This document shows, one piece after another, positions 8,192-10,353 of a stretch of 10,353 nucleotides of DNA. The DNA is from Paraspadella gotoi (taxonomy: Eukaryota; Animalia; Chaetognatha): contig JBJCIZ010000184.1 in assembly GCA_051294375.1 (NCBI GenBank), positions 1-10,353 of the forward strand, read 5' to 3'. Below the pieces are notes generated by a model that was not told where the DNA came from, did not search any database, and saw nothing but the letters and a program-made list of their open reading frames with translations. A program made the position numbers and the translations under genes. Position 1 is the stretch's first letter. Every line of letters begins with the position of its first letter.

Positions 8192-10340
8192 AAAACAGAG
8201 GAAGAACCAAGCGACGAATCGTCCTCGGAGGAGGAGGAAGACTCGGGCAGAAGAAAAGCCAATCTCCAACAAAGTAAGTTTTACATTTTTAGGTTATATT
8301 ATTTGAATTAATTAATATTAAATTAAGCGATAGTTGAAGTGCACTAATCGACACGACAACATTAACCCCATTTTATATTCTTTTGTTTTTTGTTTTTTTT
8401 TTTTTTGGTTTCGCGGTTTTTTATCATTCGATGCTCTTTTGTTCCTCTTTTCTTTTTTTTTTTGTATCGCAAATCCTTGACATTATATAATCAGGCGGTG
8501 TCAAGTTATCTTTTCCGGCAAAACCCAAAGAGATTAAACCGCTTTTGAAAAATGGTAGGTTCTTAACACAAAAAAAAATTTTACAAAAATATGTAATGTT
8601 CGTTGTACTTTTTTTCTTACGTTAGAACATAAAAGGAACCGGAAATTTAAAGCACCATGTAGTGCAGTTGCTAAAATACTATACTTATCACTCTGTAAAC
8701 TCCGGGGGAAATTTGTATTTTTTTCTACACCGAATTTCCAAAGATCACGTTCCACGTTCAGGACCGACATATTGGGATATTTTTGGAGGTCCTAAGTCCA
8801 GTTGAATGTCACCATTTTAAGTTCAGTTAGGAATGTCTTAAGCAAAATTCAAGGCACCTGAAAGTCCTCGGTTGTCCACATTTGACTGTTCCTCTTGCGT
8901 GAGCACACAGTTTATCCATTGGACTTTTGTCTCGAAGTGTGGACGCAGTCGCTGAAATAATCCTCTTCTTTCTTTTTGATTAATTAATTAATTGGAACGC
9001 CCTAATCCAATGAAGACGAGGGCAATAAGGACAAACCGAATGGGAATGTTCCCAACAAGAATAATGCAAGAGGTGCTAAACCTAATCAGGCTAAACCTCA
9101 CATGAATGGTAGGTTTTCTCAACTTTATTTTATAATTTTTCAAACCAGACGTAATTTCGCAGACGTAAATTTCGTATAAGAAGAACGTTTCCGTCATTTA
9201 ATAATTAATATTTAAATTTTTTTTATTATAATTTTAATCATTCTTAAATATGAAATTATTTCGCACCGTTTCTCTTTTTCGTTTGTAATGGTTAGGCGCT
9301 AAAGCTGTACCGGCTAAGTCAAAAGAAACTAAACCTCTTCTACACGATGGTAGGTTTTGTACAATTAAAATTAAGCAACAGATTGTTTAATATCTATTCT
9401 CCCAACCAGAAATGAATGAATCACTGGCTCCATGTTATTCATCTCTCTCTAGTCAATGAGTCCAATTATATTCAATTTCATCTATGCATTACTCCCAAGT
9501 TTTTTGAGGGGGGAAAATTATGGGTTTTTTTCGAAAAAGTGTACCACAAAAAACGTTTCTCTTTTGTAATGAATAAAAACATCGAAAGTTTACTGACCCT
9601 TAATCGTTCGCTTAGTTTTTAAATCAAAATAATAAATGAAATAAGAATTAAGAAAATAATTTGTAATAATATAAATGTTTTGCCTAATCTTTCTGTTAAA
9701 TGTAACTTTTGAAATGGGAACGCTTCCGAATTTCACTTTAAATTTCACTCAATTTCACAGCTTCGCTTCGCTTGCCACTTTTAACAGATTCACTCTCATC
9801 TTTTCTTTAACAAAACTACTTTAAAAAAGAAACAAAATCTTGGGCATTCTAAAATATATTTTTATAAAGATTATTTTTTTAAAACCGACGAAAATAAAAA
9901 TATTTATATACATGTTTTAGAATGAATCTACTTTTTTTCAACAAAACAATACTACAAGTATGTGTCTGACTCATGTCTTTACTTTCTCTGTTTGAAATCT
10001 ACAGTAAGTAATTTTTTTAAAAAATCTTTAGTAACTTTTTGAAAAAATATATCTCAATCTGTTTTTCCACTGTTTTTCCACTGTTTTTTCACTGTCGAAT
10101 TCTGTCAACTCATTCACGTCTCAATAATTTTTTGTTATCACTCCGTCTCTATCTCTCCCCTCGCAGGCGGCGTGAAGCTCAAGTTCACGAAAACGGAAAA
10201 CATCACGGAGAATGTGAACATAAACAAAACGGAAAACATAAACATCTCGAAAAACGAAAATATCGACATCAGGAAAAAAGTGAACATCGACATTGATGAA
10301 GACATCGACATCGGGCGGAGAAAGGCCGCCTTGCTGCAAA
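23..10340 (+). CDS. Partial multi-exon gene model (5' and 3' ends outside window): microexon-repeat ectodomain + laminin-G + EGF + TM + low-complexity cytoplasmic tail; neurexin/CASPR/cadherin-type LamG-EGF membrane-proximal module; several frameshifts
   Basis: About 20 AG..GT-bounded segments whose intron phases mostly chain consistently (e.g. FR|SSK, AM|TCI, TG|YKGPQC, FQ|TVV). Recognisable LamG motifs (SFVKY..IELSFR, NVADGEW-H, GCLK), an EGF cysteine pattern and a ~24-aa hydrophobic helix. Family assignment is by motif recognition only. Confidence 0.75.
194..238 (+). CDS. Microexon 2, 45 nt, phase 1-1, ETPPKDRWNKDDGSQ
   Basis: tttcttttaaag acceptor, CAAG|GTACTC donor. Confidence 0.85.
356..400 (+). 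CDS. Microexon 3, 45 nt, phase 1-1, DTVQKGRWKNEGGSQ
   Basis: ttttcaaag acceptor, CAAG|GTACAC donor. Confidence 0.85.
502..546 (+). CDS. Microexon 4, 45 nt, phase 1-1, GRPDNTKSSNNDSSQ
   Basis: tttccctcttgaag acceptor, CAAG|GTAGTT donor, same length and 3' end as exons 1-3. Confidence 0.8.
657..710 (+). CDS. Microexon 5, 54 nt, phase 1-1, EKPPKEKTPKDRWKNSDN
   Basis: taaag acceptor, G|GTAATT donor, contains the PKDRWKN repeat motif. Confidence 0.75.
762..806 (+). CDS. Microexon-6 copy (paralog of exon 4), IPDKKKSSSDFSRQ; acceptor is CA instead of AG
   Basis: 45-nt alignment to 502-546, donor CAAG|GTAGTG intact, positions 760-761 read CA; upstream 51 nt are in frame and stop-free. Confidence 0.55.
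935..961 (+). CDS. Microexon, 27 nt, phase 1-1, GSSSLSNPK
   Basis: Long T tract + ttag acceptor, AAAG|GTACCT donor. Confidence 0.75.
1019..1042 (+). CDS. Microexon, 24 nt, phase 1-1, DSSLSPYE
   Basis: tttcatag acceptor, GAAG|GTAAGG donor, similar to the 27-nt exon (TTCATCG..). Confidence 0.75.
1059..1612 (+). mobile_element. Internally deleted, non-autonomous Tc1/mariner (IS630-Tc1-mariner) DNA transposon in an intron
   Basis: Imperfect TIRs: CACATGTGTGTAAAAGAAA (1059-) and reverse complement CACATGTGTGCAAAAAAAA (-1612); flanks TA / CA (TA target duplication with one change). Frameshifted transposase C-terminus ~1192-1548: LFIEDRA..KATQKYYEENGIKVL / SPDCNIIKNVW / RVWQELNPSYLRSLYDSL / LEANGSLTKY, matching Tc1 motifs FQQDNA, SPDLNPIENLW and GG.TKY. 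Confidence 0.88.
1728..1748 (+). CDS. Microexon, 21 nt, phase 1-1, DCSSSLQ
   Basis: ttttttag acceptor, CAAG|GTAAAA donor, Ser-Ser-Leu motif shared with the 24- and 27-nt exons. Confidence 0.72.
1824..1873 (+). other. Candidate 50-nt exon (GLSKYGWRKITFILSIK if entered in phase 1), not frame-symmetric
   Basis: Pyrimidine tract + caag acceptor, CAAG|GTAACT donor like the other microexons, but 50 nt would shift the frame. Confidence 0.35.
2162..2324 (+). CDS. Exon, start of laminin-G-like domain (EECDCNRK...GCGKNFRKGSFVKYQL...NQIELSFR)
   Basis: tcttcag acceptor, phase-1 entry matches the microexons; TCAG|GTAAAG donor; F-x-x-x-S-F-V-x-Y and I-x-L-S-F-R are typical first LamG strands. Confidence 0.8.
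2506..2765 (+). CDS. Exon, LamG middle part (R|SSKDYLD...KILFHA...RYMSI / EIIQKQTRLLSTNLGEAKQ), probable +1 frameshift near 2708
   Basis: ctttttacag acceptor with phase 2 matching the previous donor; CAG|GTGAGG donor; ILF..YMSI-E..L..NLG resembles LamG strands. Confidence 0.65.
3327..3603 (+). pseudogene. Frameshifted exon, LamG core (GRGVNVADGEW / HTLTL..., MAID..., IY/LFGG); 3' boundary uncertain
   Basis: ttttttttccgccag acceptor; the diagnostic V-x-D-G-E-W-H motif is split by 5 extra nt (TGG tcaat CAC); further motifs lie in different frames; no clean donor found. Confidence 0.65.
3912..4098 (+). CDS. Exon, LamG C-terminus (G-C-L-K / ELR...HRAM), 1-nt frameshift just after GCLK
   Basis: tcacag|GA TGT TTA AAG gives the LamG GCL motif in phase 1; ATG|GTGATA donor is phase 0 in the long frame, matching the next exon. 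Confidence 0.55.
4247..4423 (+). CDS. Exon with EGF-like domain: ...KCVLDPCEPHP / CHNGKCVRQLARRYYCDCYTTG; one extra T at ~4358
   Basis: cggcag acceptor; EGF cysteines 1-5; C-D-C-x-x-T-G-Y is typical of neurexin/CASPR EGF repeats; GG|GTATAA phase-2 donor. Confidence 0.85.
5197..5335 (+). CDS. Exon completing EGF (YKGPQC) and encoding the TM helix WWVLGAVVLCAALAALLVLLVPIA
   Basis: cccgcag acceptor, phase 2 joins GG|A to give TGYKGPQC; 139 nt open; CAG|GTGACG donor; missed by the ORF track. Confidence 0.9.
5418..5894 (+). CDS. First cytoplasmic exon: poly-Gly(15), Asp/Ser-rich block, Ala/Asn/Val block. In-frame TAG at 5784-5786, but coding-like sequence continues in a shifted frame (SSRGPLAAKAIANGGAKSGKAKAIQDAKKAKEEERKR) to a GTGAGT donor
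   Basis: ttttaaag acceptor in phase 0 matches the previous donor; strong GC3 codon pattern (GCC/AAC/AAG) on both sides of the stop. Confidence 0.75.
5478..5522 (+). repeat. (GGC)n trinucleotide repeat encoding 15 Gly
   Basis: Directly visible; two GGT interruptions. Confidence 0.95.
5836..6080 (+). repeat. ~97-bp tandem duplication of an exon end + donor, followed by decaying GGGAAAGGCCAAG subrepeats
   Basis: 5836-5932 vs 5933-~6026; motif recurs about 7 times. Confidence 0.85.
6150..6204 (+). repeat. (TC)n microsatellite
   Basis: Directly visible. Confidence 0.98.
6234..6258. other. Assembly gap (25 N)
   Basis: Run of N. Confidence 1.
6288..6376. repeat. Degenerate telomere-like (CCCTAA/TAACCC) array
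   Basis: About 11 variant units: ccctaa, ccctaaa, cccttaa, cccctag. Confidence 0.75.
8114..8183 (+). repeat. (TC)n microsatellite acting as the polypyrimidine tract of the next exon
   Basis: Directly visible; followed by acacacaaaaaacag|exon. Confidence 0.95.
8199..8273 (+). CDS. Exon, 75 nt, phase 1-1, acidic: xEEPSDESSSEEEEDSGRRKANLQQ
   Basis: acag acceptor, A|GTAAGT consensus donor, open frame. Confidence 0.82.
9016..9108 (+). CDS. Exon, ~93 nt, phase 1-1: xEGNKDKPNGNVPNKNNARGAKPNQAKPHMN; acceptor uncertain
   Basis: ATG|GTAGGT donor, composition like neighbours; nearest usable AG is gaag at 9014-9015, while the pyrimidine tract ends in GG at 8994-8995. Confidence 0.6.
9296..9349 (+). 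CDS. Exon, 54 nt, phase 1-1: GAKAVPAKSKETKPLLHD
   Basis: Pyrimidine tract + ttag acceptor, ATG|GTAGGT donor; paralogous to the 3' half of the previous exon (GAK...KP.., same donor gtaggtttt). Confidence 0.78.
9410..9459 (+). CDS. Candidate alternative terminal exon EMNESLAPCYSSLSSQ*
   Basis: tctcccaaccag acceptor 60 nt after the previous donor, phase compatible, TGA at 9457-9459, AATAAA at 9572 and 9631. Confidence 0.4.
10059..10095 (+). repeat. 11-nt tandem repeat (CTGTTTTTCCA) x3
   Basis: Directly visible, intronic. Confidence 0.85.
10167..10340 (+). CDS. Exon, 174 nt, phase 1-1: GGVKLKFTKTENITENVNINKTENINISKNENIDIRKKVNIDIDEDIDIGRRKAALLQ
   Basis: ctcccctcgcag acceptor, A|GTAGGA donor, open frame, 3' end homologous to exon 8199-8273. 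Confidence 0.8.
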
Positions 10341-10353
10341 GTAGGAGTTTAAT

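Noticed and set aside
8240-8260. GRR/GRK as neuropeptide amidation/cleavage sites
   Set aside because: They lie after the TM helix (predicted cytoplasmic) and there are no repeated mature-peptide sequences
8036-8272. ORF with (ER)n repeat
   Set aside because: Translation of the (TC)n microsatellite and antisense of a real exon
9921-9957. Possible 37-nt exon (ttttag...gtatgt)
   Set aside because: Phase-1 entry gives an immediate stop and the length is not symmetric; no supporting similarity
10039-10296. His/Lys-rich ORF (HENGKHH...)
   Set aside because: Alternative frame of exon 10167-10340; it stops inside the exon and lacks the shared GRRKA end

Overview
Eukaryotic (almost certainly animal) genomic DNA with AT-rich GT-AG introns, GC-richer exons, (TC)n microsatellites and a 25-N gap. 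The ORF track is mostly misleading. Manual splicing shows one large + strand gene, open at both window edges, encoding a single-pass membrane protein. In order it has: (i) a tandem array of tiny symmetric phase-1 exons (45,45,45,45,54,[45],27,24,21 nt; consensus ~E-T-P-x-K-x-R-W-K-N-x-D-G-S-Q); (ii) a laminin-G-like domain; (iii) an EGF-like domain (CDCYTTG|YKGPQC); (iv) a hydrophobic TM helix; (v) a long low-complexity tail (poly-Gly, Asp/Ser, Ala/Asn/Val, Lys/Glu, N-I-x-I repeats) partly built from further symmetric phase-1 exons. The LamG/EGF/tail exons carry several small frameshifts (pseudogenisation or assembly indels). The introns hold a deleted Tc1/mariner element, a degenerate telomere-like repeat, duplicated intron ends and two weak antisense protein-like remnants. 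All translations and alignments were done by eye; no database searches were run.
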